From an uncultured delta proteobacterium (GTDB lineage Bacteria > Myxococcota_A > Polyangia > Polyangiales > Polyangiaceae), in contig CAWDXG010000004.1 of the NCBI GenBank assembly GCA_963806225.1, positions 1,504,001-1,568,000 of the forward strand: a stretch of DNA of 64,000 nucleotides, in the 5' to 3' direction. A program made the position numbers and the translations under genes. This document shows positions 1 through 10,073 of the stretch, one piece after another. Positions within the stretch are counted from its first letter, which is position 1. The number at the start of each line of letters is the position of its first letter. The notes beneath the pieces are model-generated. The model was not told the origin of the DNA, searched no databases, and saw only the letters and a list, made by a program, of their open reading frames with translations.

Positions 1-240
1 GGCGCTTCCGCGGCGTCGTCAGTGTCGGCTCGCTGATGGAAGAAGCCAAGGGAGACAATCCCAGGCTCGACCGGGCGCTGCTCGACGTTCGAACCGGTCG
101 ATGCCGACGCGTCGTTCGACGAGGTCATCAAGCGCGTGGCCGACAGCGCGTACCCCGTACCCGTTGTCGACGACAAGCAGCACTACCTCGGCGTCATCTC
201 GAAAACGGCGCTGCTCCGCACGCTGGAGAAGACGCCATGA
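1..240 (+). CDS. proV: 3' end (CBS domains) of glycine betaine/proline ABC transporter ATP-binding subunit, with an apparent 1-bp frameshift near 88-90
   Basis: Reads ...RFRGVVSVGSL...ALLDV, then in a shifted frame EPVDADASFDEVIKRVADSAYPVPVVDDKQHYLGVISKTALLRTLEKTP*, a CBS-like PVPVVD..YLGVIS motif. The stop overlaps the ATG of proW. Confidence 0.8.
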
Positions 241-1130
241 TCGCGCTCGCGCCGATCGGCCGTTTGCCGATTGGAACGGAGATCCAGCAAGCGGTGCAGT
301 TCATGCTGCATCACATGCAGGGCCTGTTCGACGCCATCACCTTCGTGATCGGCGGCCTGACGGGCGCGCTGGAAAAGGGACTGCTCTCCATTCCCGCCTG
401 GCTCATGACGCTGGCGCTGGCAGCGCTCGCCAGCTGGCGCGTCAGCTGGCGCTTCGGAGCGTTCACCATCACCTCGCTCGGCCTGGTGGTCGGCATGAAC
501 CTCTGGCCGCAGACGATCTCGACACTGGCGCTGGTGCTGTCCGCCACCGTGGTGAGCCTGCTAATCGGTCTTCCTCTGGGCATCTGGGCCGCCAAGAGCG
601 ACACGGCCGACCGGGTCGTGCGTCCGGTGCTGGACTTCATGCAGACGATGCCCGCCTTCGTCTACCTGATCCCGGCCGCGATGTTCTTCGGTCTCGGCAA
701 GGTGCCGGGCACCATCGCCACCATCATCTTCTCGATGCCGCCGGCGGTACGCCTCACCAACCTCGGCATCCGGCAGGTGCCCAAGGAGCGGGTGGAAGCC
801 GGACTCGCGTTCGGCTGCACGCCGCGGCAGCTCTTGTTCAAGGTGCAGATCCCGAGCGCGTTGCCCTCCATCATGGCGGGGGTGAACCAGAACATCATGC
901 TGGGGCTGTCCATGGTGGTCATCGCGTCGATGATCGGGGCCGGGGGCCTCGGCAACGAGGTGCTGCGCGGCATCCAGCGCCTGGATATCGGGCTGGGCTT
1001 CGAGGGCGGCATCGGCGTCGTGCTGCTGGCGATTATCCTCGACCGCATCACGCAGAGCTTCGGCGCCGGGCGGCGGCGGAGTGTGCGCGACCGGCTCAAG
1101 GTGCTGTTTTCGCGGAAGGCGGTGGCGTGA
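237..1130 (+). CDS. proW: Glycine betaine/proline ABC transporter permease
   Basis: Motifs PVLDFMQTMPAFVYLIP, PPAVRLTNLGIRQV and EAA-like VEAGLAFG; multiple TM segments. Confidence 0.93.
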   Translation: MIALAPIGRLPIGTEIQQAVQFMLHHMQGLFDAITFVIGGLTGALEKGLLSIPAWLMTLALAALASWRVSWRFGAFTITSLGLVVGMNLWPQTISTLALVLSATVVSLLIGLPLGIWAAKSDTADRVVRPVLDFMQTMPAFVYLIPAAMFFGLGKVPGTIATIIFSMPPAVRLTNLGIRQVPKERVEAGLAFGCTPRQLLFKVQIPSALPSIMAGVNQNIMLGLSMVVIASMIGAGGLGNEVLRGIQRLDIGLGFEGGIGVVLLAIILDRITQSFGAGRRRSVRDRLKVLFSRKAVA

Positions 1131-2128
1131 TGCCGCGCTGGCTGCGCAGTCTGTATTCGTTGCTTGTCGCTGCGTTGGGAATCGGCGTGTTCGCGTACAT
1201 CGTCGTCGTCAGCTCCCGGCGCAAGCAGGCCGCCCACGAGCGCAGGGCGTCCGCACGGGCGCCCGCGGCGTCGGCTAGCGTGCGCAAGCCGGGCAAAAGC
1301 CAGCACGCCACCGTCGACAAGAGCAAGCTCCCCCCTATCCGCATCGGCTGGACTGCGTGGAGCGACGCCGAAATCGTTACCAATCTCGCCAAGCGCCTGC
1401 TCGAGCAGCGCATGGGCTATCGCGTGAAGCTCACGATGGCCGACATCGGCATCCAGTACCAGGGTGTCGCCAGCGGCGACCTGGACATCATGCTGATGTC
1501 GTGGCTGCCGGTGACGCACCAGAACTACTGGAAGAAGGTCGCGGACAAGGTCGTCAACCTCGGCCCCCTGTACACGCGCGCGCGTCTCGGCTGGGTGGTG
1601 CCCGACTACGTGCCGAAGAGCGAGCTCGACTCGATCGCCGACCTGACCAAGCCGGACGTGCGGCGGAGGATCGGCTCGAAGATCCAGGGCATCGATCCCG
1701 GTTCCGGGCTGATGCAGAACTCCGAGAAGGCGCTCAAGGCCTACAACCTGAACGGCGTCACCCTCGTGTCGGCGAGCGGCGCCGCGATGACGGCCGCCCT
1801 GGGGCGCGCCATCCGACGCAAGAAGTGGATCGTCGTGACGGGCTGGAGCCCCCACTGGATGTTCGCCAAATGGAAGCTCCGCTACCTGAAGGACCCGAAG
1901 CACGCGCTGGGCGGTCGCGAGCGCATCCACGCCCTGGCCCGGAAAGGCTTCTACCAGGACTATCCGCCCGAGGTGACCGGGTTCTTCGTGCGCATGTTCC
2001 TGCCGCTCGATCAGCTGGAGGCGGCCATGCTGGAAGCTTCGAAGACGACGGTCGACAAGGCCGTGGACGACTACATCAAGGCGCACCCGAAGCGCGTCCA
2101 CTACTGGACGACGGGCAGGTTCGAGTAG
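1130..2128 (+). CDS. proX: Glycine betaine ABC transporter substrate-binding protein (OpuAC/ProX family) with N-terminal membrane anchor
   Basis: WLPVTH, GIDPGSG and GWSPHWMF motifs; ATG overlaps the proW stop. Confidence 0.9.
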   Translation: MPRWLRSLYSLLVAALGIGVFAYIVVVSSRRKQAAHERRASARAPAASASVRKPGKSQHATVDKSKLPPIRIGWTAWSDAEIVTNLAKRLLEQRMGYRVKLTMADIGIQYQGVASGDLDIMLMSWLPVTHQNYWKKVADKVVNLGPLYTRARLGWVVPDYVPKSELDSIADLTKPDVRRRIGSKIQGIDPGSGLMQNSEKALKAYNLNGVTLVSASGAAMTAALGRAIRRKKWIVVTGWSPHWMFAKWKLRYLKDPKHALGGRERIHALARKGFYQDYPPEVTGFFVRMFLPLDQLEAAMLEASKTTVDKAVDDYIKAHPKRVHYWTTGRFE

Positions 2129-2175
2129 CGCGCGTCCGACCGGCAGCACATCGGGCGCTGGGCTAGGCTTGGTGG

Positions 2176-3135
2176 GTGCAGATCTGGCCCGTGCGGCTGC
2201 TCGTGGTGCAGGCGGTCGCCAGCGTGGTGCTGGGCGGCGCCGTCGGCATGATGCTCGCGGTGGTGTTCTCGCCGTTGGCCTCGCTGGCGGGCAGCCCGCT
2301 CGCAGCCTGGCTGTACTGGCGGCTGTCCACGCGTCGCTACCGGCGACGGCGGAAGCTGACGGCAAGCCCGTTCCCGACGCACTGGCGCTCCCTGCTGGAG
2401 AAGCGGATTCCGTATTTCCGCGGACTCCATGCCGCGGAGCGCAGCCGCTTCGAGAACGACGTGCGGATCTTCCTCGGCGAGCAGCGCATCTACGGCATCC
2501 GCGGCGTCGAGGTCGACGACGAGACGCGGGTCCTGATCGCCGCGGCCGCGGCGATGCTGTCGAACGGCCTACAGGACTGGGAGTGGCCGAACGTGCGGGA
2601 TGTCGTCGTCTACCCCAGCGCTTTCGACGACGAATACCGCACGGATGCGCATCCGGACATCCTGGGCATGGTGCATTCCCAGGGCCCGATCCTGATTTCC
2701 GGTCCCGATCTGAAACACGGGTTTCTCGTTTCCGACGACTCGAACAACGTGGCGCTCCACGAGCTGGCCCACGTGATCGACATGGCGGACGGCTACGCGG
2801 ACGGGGTTCCCGCGGCGCTCTCGTGGGTCGCGACCGCGCCCTGGATCCACGTGGTCGCCGATCGCCTCCAGAAGCTCCGCGAGGGGCGCTACGGCGACAC
2901 GCTCCGCGACTACGCAGGAACCAACGAGACCGAGCTCTTCGCGGTGGCCGTGGAGGCCTTCTTCGAACAGCCCGCGCGCCTGGCCGAGCACGATGCGGAG
3001 CTCTACGCGATGCTGCGCGACTATTTCAACCAGGACCCGGCGCGCATCCTCTCGAGGGCCGAGGAGAGCGATCGTGCCGGAGCTCCCGACGCAACGGGTG
3101 CCGCGGGCGGAACGGACGACGCAAGCGTTGCGTGA
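2176..3135 (+). CDS. Zinc-dependent peptidase, M90/MtfA family, with N-terminal TM helices
   Basis: VVVYPSAF, NVALHELAHVID (HExxH) and YAGTNETELFAVAVEAFFE motifs. Confidence 0.85.
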   Translation: MQIWPVRLLVVQAVASVVLGGAVGMMLAVVFSPLASLAGSPLAAWLYWRLSTRRYRRRRKLTASPFPTHWRSLLEKRIPYFRGLHAAERSRFENDVRIFLGEQRIYGIRGVEVDDETRVLIAAAAAMLSNGLQDWEWPNVRDVVVYPSAFDDEYRTDAHPDILGMVHSQGPILISGPDLKHGFLVSDDSNNVALHELAHVIDMADGYADGVPAALSWVATAPWIHVVADRLQKLREGRYGDTLRDYAGTNETELFAVAVEAFFEQPARLAEHDAELYAMLRDYFNQDPARILSRAEESDRAGAPDATGAAGGTDDASVA

Positions 3136-3240
3136 GGCGACCTGCGTGAAGCGCCCGCGGTTTGTCGAGGACCTGATCGGTTAGTTGTGGCGCGGCGGTT
3201 GCATTCCGTATGGACGAGCATTCGCCCGAACGGAGCCATC

Positions 3241-3647
3241 ATGACCCACGCCAGCAACACGGCAGCCCACACTGAACATCGACAGTGGCACGCGGACACC
3301 AGCTGTGGGTCGAAGATATCCAGAACTGGCAGACCGATCTGCACCGGGCGCTTTCGGACCTGGCCCGCGCAGAGTCCATCGTGCGCTCGCACGCTGCGGC
3401 CCTGCAGGAGCACTTGCTCTCTGTCGAACACCACGAGCGGTCGATCGAGGCGCACGAGACGGACGTGGTGGTGAGCGAGCAGGGAAACGGGCACGCCCCG
3501 GGCGCCGACCCGCGCGCCGCGCGGCACGTGGCCAGCGAGCGCTCGCACGACGTCCAGCGCGACGCGCACGATCGCATCAAGCAGCACCACCATCGGCTCA
3601 TCGCCGAGCTCAGACGCCTGGTGCGCGTGCTGGAAGAAGCCGTCTGA
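3241..3647 (+). CDS. His-rich coiled-coil hypothetical protein, apparent 1-bp frameshift near 3297
   Basis: MTHASNTAAHTEHRQWHAD continues as HQLWVEDIQNWQ... if one C is restored in gcggacaccag; GGAG lies upstream of ATG 3241. Confidence 0.6.
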
Positions 3648-3678
3648 CGGCGGCTCGCAGTCCGCGCCACTCCGCGCG

Positions 3679-4155
3679 CTAGTATCCGAGATCGAGTGTC
3701 CCCGGCTGCACCCGGCCCGGCTGGGTCGGCACCACCGGGACGCGCGGCGGCCAGGGCACCGAGGACGGCCGCGGCAGAGGCGACGCCGACGCGCTCGGCG
3801 CGGGCGCGGGCGCCGACGGCTCGGGAGGCGTGGACGGCAACGTGGCAACGCCCGTCACGGGCGCGGGGGGCGCGGGCGGCGGAGCCGGTCGGTACTCCGC
3901 GGTCGGGTAGACCGGCTGCTGGATCGGCGTCCGGCAACGCACCAGCATGTTGTCCCCGCCCGCAATGGTGCGCCCCAGCTCGTAGCCGTACGGACACCGT
4001 TCACCCGCCAGCCGGTAGCACTCCGCCTCATGGGAGCCGCAGCTCACATGGAACATCCGGGTGCCATCCGGGCCGATGATCGGCACCGCGCGCGGCTCCG
4101 AGCACCCCAGAACAAGCAGCACGCCGGCCAGCACCACGAGCGCCGAGCGCAGCAT
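3679..4155 (-). CDS. Hypothetical lipoprotein with small Cys-containing domain and Pro-rich tail
   Basis: Signal peptide ending in VLGC lipobox; Pro-rich C-terminus. Confidence 0.7.
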   Translation of the reverse strand: MLRSALVVLAGVLLVLGCSEPRAVPIIGPDGTRMFHVSCGSHEAECYRLAGERCPYGYELGRTIAGGDNMLVRCRTPIQQPVYPTAEYRPAPPPAPPAPVTGVATLPSTPPEPSAPAPAPSASASPLPRPSSVPWPPRVPVVPTQPGRVQPGTLDLGY

Positions 4156-4263
4156 GCCTTCAACCTAGGTTAACACCCGCGAATCGGCAACCGCTCGCCG
4201 GTGCGCGTTCCGCCGCTTCGCCGGACTTGCATCCCCCTGCCGTTGGCTGGACGCTCTCGTGCT

Positions 4264-4346
4264 GGCCCCTTGGCGGAATGGCAGACGCAGGGGATTTAAA
4301 ATCCTCGGCCCGTAAGGGCGTCCCGGTTCGAATCCGGGAGGGGCTA
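4264..4346 (+). tRNA. tRNA-Leu(TAA)
   Basis: Acceptor GGCCCCT/AGGGGCT, D arm TGGCGGAATGGCAGACGC, anticodon arm GGGGA-TT-TAA-AA-TCCTC, long variable arm, T loop GGTTCGAATCC; no encoded CCA. Confidence 0.95.
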
Positions 4347-6020
4347 CTGCACGACCGGCACGCACTTGCCGTTGCTGCACGTCTCGTTACCGGCGCAGTC
4401 TTTCGCCGTGGTGCAGGGCTGGCGCTCGACGTGGGTGACCCACTGCGCGATGTGGTTGCCGCCGTTGATGTCCTGGAACGGCAACCAGAACGCCGGGAAG
4501 CTCGGATCCTTGCCGGCCTGGGCCTTGTCGGGGTCGAACGCCACCATCCACAGCTGCACCTTCTGGTTCTCGGCCAGCCTGAGACCGTAGGCGCGCGCGC
4601 TGGAGAACGTGAGCCACATCACGGTTCCGCCCCAGTACGTCCCGATGTCCGGAGCCCACTTCGCCCAGGATACGGCGCCGGGTTTGGTCGCGTTGTCGAG
4701 CCGGATCGGCTTGTTTCCATGGACGTTGACCGCCCACAGCTCGCCGTCGCCTACCTGGCCCGATTTCGAATCGACGCCGATGTTCTCGTAGGAGCTGTGA
4801 TTGGCCGCCGAACGGTTGAACACGACCCAGTTCCCGCTCGGATCGAAGGCCGGGTAGTAGTTGTCGCCGCCGCTCGCCGGCACCAGCACCCGCGGGTTCT
4901 TCCAGGCCTGGTTCGGCTGATCGTAGTCCATCAGCGATATCGCGCCGCCCTGGATTCCGGGCCCCGCGAGTATGGGAGACGGCCTCGCAAACACCATCAT
5001 GGAACCGCTCGGCGACCAGTCCGGCATCGCCCCGGGGACGACGTTGTCGTTGATGGTCTGCCCGGTGGTCAGATCGCGCCAACCGATCTTCGCACCGTTG
5101 GAATAGAGCAGCTGCTTGGCGTCCGGCGAGAAGGAGAAGAAGTTCCCGGCACCCGTGAGCTTCGTCCCGCTCACGGAAACGGGCTTGCGCGTTGCGACAT
5201 CGAAGATGCCGTACGGAGCCGCAGGCAGTGGAGCGCCGCTGCCCACAGCCATCACCGACCCGTCCCGCGACAGCGCGTGGCAGCCGACGCAGACGAACCC
5301 CCCGGCCATCTGCGCGTTCATGAACAGCTCCGCCTGTTTGAGCGGATAGCCGAAGTCGTAGCGCTGGATGACGCCCGTCGTGTTCCAGTAGTACAGGCCG
5401 CCGTTGATGTCTTCCTTGGTGAAGCTGATCTCGTGCGTGTCCGAGGTGCCGACCGCACCCGGGCTCTGACCGTTGACGCCGCGGAGCGTGTACTTGACGG
5501 CCGCCTTGCCCCGCGCCGCCTTCACGAGCTCGCCCCAGAACTGCTTGGCCGGGGTGTACACACAGCCAGTGCCGAGCGGCTGGCAGCCGAAGTAGATGAC
5601 GAAGTTCAGCGTCGCCGCCTCGAAGCGGAGCTCGAACAACGTCTGCCCGGCGCCCGGCGTGTAGTGGAACTCGAGCGAGTTCATGTTGGGCGGCACGATG
5701 ATGCCGCTCGCGGGATACACGAGTTGGGGCTTGGCGGACGGATCGTCGCCGCCGCCGAACTTGCCGGGAGCGCTCTTGTCCGCGCCGGGGCCGATGACGA
5801 CGGTCGTCGGATTGCTGAACGACGAGTCGGGTCCGGCATCGGTGCCGATCGTGGCGTCGGGTCCGCCGTCGAGCGTGCCGCCTCCAGCCCCCGCCGCGCC
5901 GCCGCTTCCCTGTGGATTCGACTTCGTTCCACTGGCCGAGCACGCGACGGCCGAAAGCGCGGCGACCGCCATGGCCAACACCAGCATCATGGACTTCGAG
6001 CAAGCACCCCGAGCAATCAT
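4344..6020 (-). CDS. TolB-like/PD40 beta-propeller lipoprotein with a CxxCH motif
   Basis: AVAC lipobox; FSPD, PDWSPSG and YPAFDPSG PD40-like repeats; CVGCH; Cys-rich C-terminal tail. Confidence 0.75.
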   Translation of the reverse strand: MIARGACSKSMMLVLAMAVAALSAVACSASGTKSNPQGSGGAAGAGGGTLDGGPDATIGTDAGPDSSFSNPTTVVIGPGADKSAPGKFGGGDDPSAKPQLVYPASGIIVPPNMNSLEFHYTPGAGQTLFELRFEAATLNFVIYFGCQPLGTGCVYTPAKQFWGELVKAARGKAAVKYTLRGVNGQSPGAVGTSDTHEISFTKEDINGGLYYWNTTGVIQRYDFGYPLKQAELFMNAQMAGGFVCVGCHALSRDGSVMAVGSGAPLPAAPYGIFDVATRKPVSVSGTKLTGAGNFFSFSPDAKQLLYSNGAKIGWRDLTTGQTINDNVVPGAMPDWSPSGSMMVFARPSPILAGPGIQGGAISLMDYDQPNQAWKNPRVLVPASGGDNYYPAFDPSGNWVVFNRSAANHSSYENIGVDSKSGQVGDGELWAVNVHGNKPIRLDNATKPGAVSWAKWAPDIGTYWGGTVMWLTFSSARAYGLRLAENQKVQLWMVAFDPDKAQAGKDPSFPAFWLPFQDINGGNHIAQWVTHVERQPCTTAKDCAGNETCSNGKCVPVVQ

Positions 6021-6135
6021 GGTGCGAAGACATTGTCCGGCGGATCGGGCCGGGTCAAGCAGCGCCGCTCGCGCTCGCCCGGGCTCCACGCAACGCGATG
6101 CGTCGAACCCGTCGTGGAAAGACCGCGTCGCGGCG

Positions 6136-7635
6136 CTACTTCGCTGGCTCGCCTTCGGCGTTGTAGACGACGATCGGCATTCCGAGCCCCGCGAGCGACG
6201 GCCGGAGCTTCTTCAGGTCGCCGGCGATGACCACTTCATAGCTCTTCGGGTCGCAGTACTTCTTCGCGACCGCGTTGGCCTCGGTCAAGGTCACGGCCTT
6301 CACGTGCGACGGCCACTTCTCGTACCAGTCCGCTGGTCGACCGTAGATGGGCAGATCGGCGAGCTGGCCCGCGACCCCGCCGATGTGCTCGAAGCGGCCC
6401 GGGAAACCGAGCAGCAGACCATCCACCGCCTGCGTCCGCTCCTTCTCGGTCAGCGGCTTCGCGCCGCACGTCGCATCCAGCTCCTTGAACATCTGGTCGA
6501 TGCTCGGTCGCGTCGTGTCCGACTTGACGTTGGCGACCAGCGCGTAGAACCCGATCTTCCTCCAGCGCTGGAAGACGCTCGAGGCGCCGTACGTGTAGCC
6601 CTTGTCCTCGCGCAGGTTCAGGTTCAGACGACTGGTGAAGGCGCCGCCAAAGGCGCGGTTTTCCACTATGGCCGGGAAGTAGTCCGGCGTGTTCTCGCCG
6701 TCCGCGCGGCGCACCACGCCCAGGGTCGACTGCGTGGCACCCGGGAAGTCCACCACGTACACGGCGTGCGGGGGCTTTTCCTGGCCCACCTTCGCTTCCT
6801 TGACGCGCGACTTGCCCTTCCACGTACCGAACGCGGCCTCGATGCCCTTCCTCACGCGGGCCTCGCCGATGCCGCCCACTACGACGATGGCGGCGCCGTC
6901 GGGCGTGAAGAACTTCCTGTACTGCGACTTCACGTCGTTCAGACGGATGCGCTTCAGGCTCTTCACGCTGCCGTTGGGAAGCTCCGCGCCGTAGCCGTGG
7001 CCGAACAGCACGTGGCGGAGCGTCACGCCGCGGGCGTGCCCGGGGTCGGACTGCGCGGACAGGGCGTCGGCAGTGCGCTGCGCCTTGCGACGGGCAAAGT
7101 CCTTCTGGTGGAGCAACGGCCGTTCCAGGATGTCGCTCAGGATCTTCGCCGAGGGCTCGAAGTTCTCGGCGAGCAGATTCATCGAGAGCATCGCATAGTC
7201 GACGCCCACGTTGGCACCGTAGTCGGTGGCCAGGCGCTGCAGCTCCTGGTTCAGCGCGAGGGCGCTCCGCCCGCCAGCGCCTTCATCGAGCATATCGGCC
7301 GTCAGCGCGGTGAGGCCGCTCTTGCCCGCGGGATCGGTCGCGGAGCCCCGCGGCAGCACCAGCATCAGGCTCACCAGCGGCGTCTTTCCCTGCTCGAGGT
7401 AGTAGACCTCCACCCCGTTCGACAGCTTCCAGGTCTTCGCCGCGGGCAACGACCACGCGGGCGCGGGCCCGGGCCCGGGAAGCTTCGAGCGGTCCACCGC
7501 GGGCTTCGCGCTGGCCACGGGCTTTGCCGAGGGGACCGGCGCAGTCGGCGCGGCGGGCGGAGCGGTGTGGCCGGCGCCGCACGCGGACAGCACGACCGCC
7601 GAGAGGAACACTGGAGCGAGCTGCCGGGCCATCAC
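6136..7635 (-). CDS. M16 (pitrilysin/insulinase) peptidase, non-catalytic subunit, lipoprotein
   Basis: LSNG..V, SRLNLNLREDKGYTYG motifs; no HxxEH; LSAC lipobox. Confidence 0.88.
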   Translation of the reverse strand: MMARQLAPVFLSAVVLSACGAGHTAPPAAPTAPVPSAKPVASAKPAVDRSKLPGPGPAPAWSLPAAKTWKLSNGVEVYYLEQGKTPLVSLMLVLPRGSATDPAGKSGLTALTADMLDEGAGGRSALALNQELQRLATDYGANVGVDYAMLSMNLLAENFEPSAKILSDILERPLLHQKDFARRKAQRTADALSAQSDPGHARGVTLRHVLFGHGYGAELPNGSVKSLKRIRLNDVKSQYRKFFTPDGAAIVVVGGIGEARVRKGIEAAFGTWKGKSRVKEAKVGQEKPPHAVYVVDFPGATQSTLGVVRRADGENTPDYFPAIVENRAFGGAFTSRLNLNLREDKGYTYGASSVFQRWRKIGFYALVANVKSDTTRPSIDQMFKELDATCGAKPLTEKERTQAVDGLLLGFPGRFEHIGGVAGQLADLPIYGRPADWYEKWPSHVKAVTLTEANAVAKKYCDPKSYEVVIAGDLKKLRPSLAGLGMPIVVYNAEGEPAK

Positions 7636-9032
7636 TTGCCACCTCCTGCCTTCGACCCCGGAACGATGTCGAGCCGCACGTAGCGGTCGAGGTGAACATA
7701 GCGATGCGCGGCATCCGCGACGTCCGCGGAGGTCGCGTGCGCGTACCGACCGAGATCCTGGTCGAGGTAGTTCGCGTTACCGGTGTACTGGTAGTAGGTC
7801 GCGAGCGTGGCGGCGCGCGAGACCACCCCTTCCAGCCGCTGGTAGAAGCTCTTCTTGTAGCCGTTGATGGCGCGTGTCATCTCGTCCTTGCTGGGTGGCT
7901 TTGAAAGCGCCAGCTTCAGCGTCGAGAGCAGCTCGGTCGACAGCTTGTCCACGCTCACGCCCGGCGCCGCCGTCGCCTGCACGACGAAGAAGCTGCCCAG
8001 GCGCATCGACACCTGGTAGGCGTTCACGTCCTTGGCGATCTTCTTGTCGTAGACCAACGGCTGGTACAGGCGGCTGGTCTTGCCGTCGCTGAGCACGCTG
8101 CCGAGCAGATCGAGCTCGGCGTCGCCCTTCTTGTAGAGCGGCGGGCTGTGCCAGGCGAGGTAGACCCGCGGCAGCTTCACGTCGTCGGGGTGCGTCTGCT
8201 GCACAATCTTCGTCAGCTCCGCCGGCGGCACCTTGGGCAGGCTGGCGCGCTTCCCCGCCGGGATGCTCCCGAAATACTTCTCGACGAGCGCCTTCGCCTG
8301 CTCGGGCTCGAAGTCGCCGACGATGGTCAGCATCGCGTTGGCCGGGGCGTAGTACTCGTGGAAGAAGCCCTTCACGTCCGAGAGCGAAGCGGCGGTGAGA
8401 TCGGCGTGCGAGCCGATCACGCTGTGGTGATAGGGGTGACCCGGCGGGAACAGCATCCTCCCCAGATAGATCCACGCCATGCCGTAGGGCTGGTTCTCGT
8501 AGCGCTGCCGTCGTTCGTTCTTCACGACGTCGCGCTGGTTGTCGAGCTTCGCCTGGTCGAGCGCCGGCAGGAGATACTCCATCCGATCGGACTCCATCCA
8601 CAAGGCGAGATCGAGGTAGTTGTCCGGCACGCGCTCGAAGAAGTTCGTCCGGTCCTGCGTCGTGCTGCCGTTGACCTCGCCACCGATGGGCTCGAACGGC
8701 GTGAAATACTCGTGGTCGTAGTGCTTCGAGCCCTGGAACATCAGGTGCTCGAACAAGTGCGCGAAGCCGCTCCGCCCCTTGCGCTCGTAGCTCGAGCCGA
8801 CCATGTAGCGCACATCGACCGCGACCACCGGCAACCGCTGGTCGCGGCTGAGCAGCACGGTCAACCCGTTCTTGAGCTGGTACTGCGTGACAGGCAGCTT
8901 GGGAGCTTGCGTGGAATGCGATGCGGCAGGGGGCGGCGCGGTCGCGGCGCCGGGCCCGGCGAAAGCGGAAACGGCGACGGTGGCGGCGGCCGCGATTACG
9001 GCCGGGAACAGAGTGGAACGCAACATAGTCAT
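7632..9032 (-). CDS. M16 peptidase, catalytic subunit
   Basis: GFAHLFEHLMFQGS (HxxEH), NGSTTQDRTN and VVKNERR motifs; signal peptide. Confidence 0.92.
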   Translation of the reverse strand: MTMLRSTLFPAVIAAAATVAVSAFAGPGAATAPPPAASHSTQAPKLPVTQYQLKNGLTVLLSRDQRLPVVAVDVRYMVGSSYERKGRSGFAHLFEHLMFQGSKHYDHEYFTPFEPIGGEVNGSTTQDRTNFFERVPDNYLDLALWMESDRMEYLLPALDQAKLDNQRDVVKNERRQRYENQPYGMAWIYLGRMLFPPGHPYHHSVIGSHADLTAASLSDVKGFFHEYYAPANAMLTIVGDFEPEQAKALVEKYFGSIPAGKRASLPKVPPAELTKIVQQTHPDDVKLPRVYLAWHSPPLYKKGDAELDLLGSVLSDGKTSRLYQPLVYDKKIAKDVNAYQVSMRLGSFFVVQATAAPGVSVDKLSTELLSTLKLALSKPPSKDEMTRAINGYKKSFYQRLEGVVSRAATLATYYQYTGNANYLDQDLGRYAHATSADVADAAHRYVHLDRYVRLDIVPGSKAGGGK

Positions 9033-9157
9033 GGGTCCTTGGAGCCCGAGAGCAGTAGGGGCCGGCCAGGATGTTGTCAAATGGCCTGACTGCCCGGCCC
9101 GGAGAACACGCCCGCTCTTCCAGGCATTCCGCGCGGGTAGCCGCCGGACACCAGCGG

Positions 9158-10042
9158 CTAGTCCAGCTTGATCTCCAGACCTTCCCGCGCGCCGAAGACC
9201 ACGACGTTCGAACCAGCGCGCTCGGCGCGGGCCCGGCAGCGGGAGATCTTGTCATCCATGTGTTGGTCGGAGTGCATCGGATCGTGGTGGAAGATGGCGC
9301 ACTGCTTGACCCGCGCCTGCACGGCGAGATCCACCACCGTGCTCGCGCGTGCGTGACCCCACCCTAGCTTCGCCGGATACTCCTCGTCGGTGTACTGGCC
9401 GTCGGCTATCAGCAGATCCGCGTCCCCGACGAAGCGCACGAACTCCTCCGGAACGCGCCGCAGGGCCTCTGGGCGCTGCAGGATGTCGTCCCGGTTCAAG
9501 ACGGTCATGTCGATCTCGTTGTCCGTCGCGTAGACGACCTTGACGCCGTTCTTCTCGAACGAGTACGCGAAGCTGCGTCCCGGATGCGTCTGCTCGTAGT
9601 GGCGCACCATCACGCCCTCGATCGATTTCGCGCCGCCACCGAGATCGCTGGGCACGATGGTCGAGCCGAGATCCGAGAAGGTGACCGGGAAGTATTCGGA
9701 CCGCATCTGCCCGAGCAACAGTCGATGGACGCGGTCGTCGTCCTTGGTCACGTCGTAGACGTACAGCGAGTTCTCCTTCGCGTACGCGGGCATGAAGAAC
9801 GGAAAACCCTGGATGTGATCCCAGTGGGTGTGGCTGAAGAACATATGCGCTTCGACCGACGAGCTGCTGCGCGCGAGCAGATCCACACCCAGCTCGCGCA
9901 GACCGGTACCGCCGTCGCAGATGAAGAGCGCGTCGTCGATGCGGACCTCGACGCAGGATGTGTTGCCGCCGTACTTGCGCGTCTTGTGACCCGGCGTCGG
10001 AATCGAGCCTCGCGTGCCCCAGAAGCGCACGAAGGTCGTCAT
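9158..10042 (-). CDS. MBL-fold metallo-hydrolase
   Basis: FWGTRGS, YGGNTSC, SHTHWDHIQG (HxHxDH) and FHHDP motifs. Confidence 0.9.
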   Translation of the reverse strand: MTTFVRFWGTRGSIPTPGHKTRKYGGNTSCVEVRIDDALFICDGGTGLRELGVDLLARSSSSVEAHMFFSHTHWDHIQGFPFFMPAYAKENSLYVYDVTKDDDRVHRLLLGQMRSEYFPVTFSDLGSTIVPSDLGGGAKSIEGVMVRHYEQTHPGRSFAYSFEKNGVKVVYATDNEIDMTVLNRDDILQRPEALRRVPEEFVRFVGDADLLIADGQYTDEEYPAKLGWGHARASTVVDLAVQARVKQCAIFHHDPMHSDQHMDDKISRCRARAERAGSNVVVFGAREGLEIKLD

Positions 10043-10073
10043 CGACCTGTTCCCCGCGCCGGACGCCGCGCCA

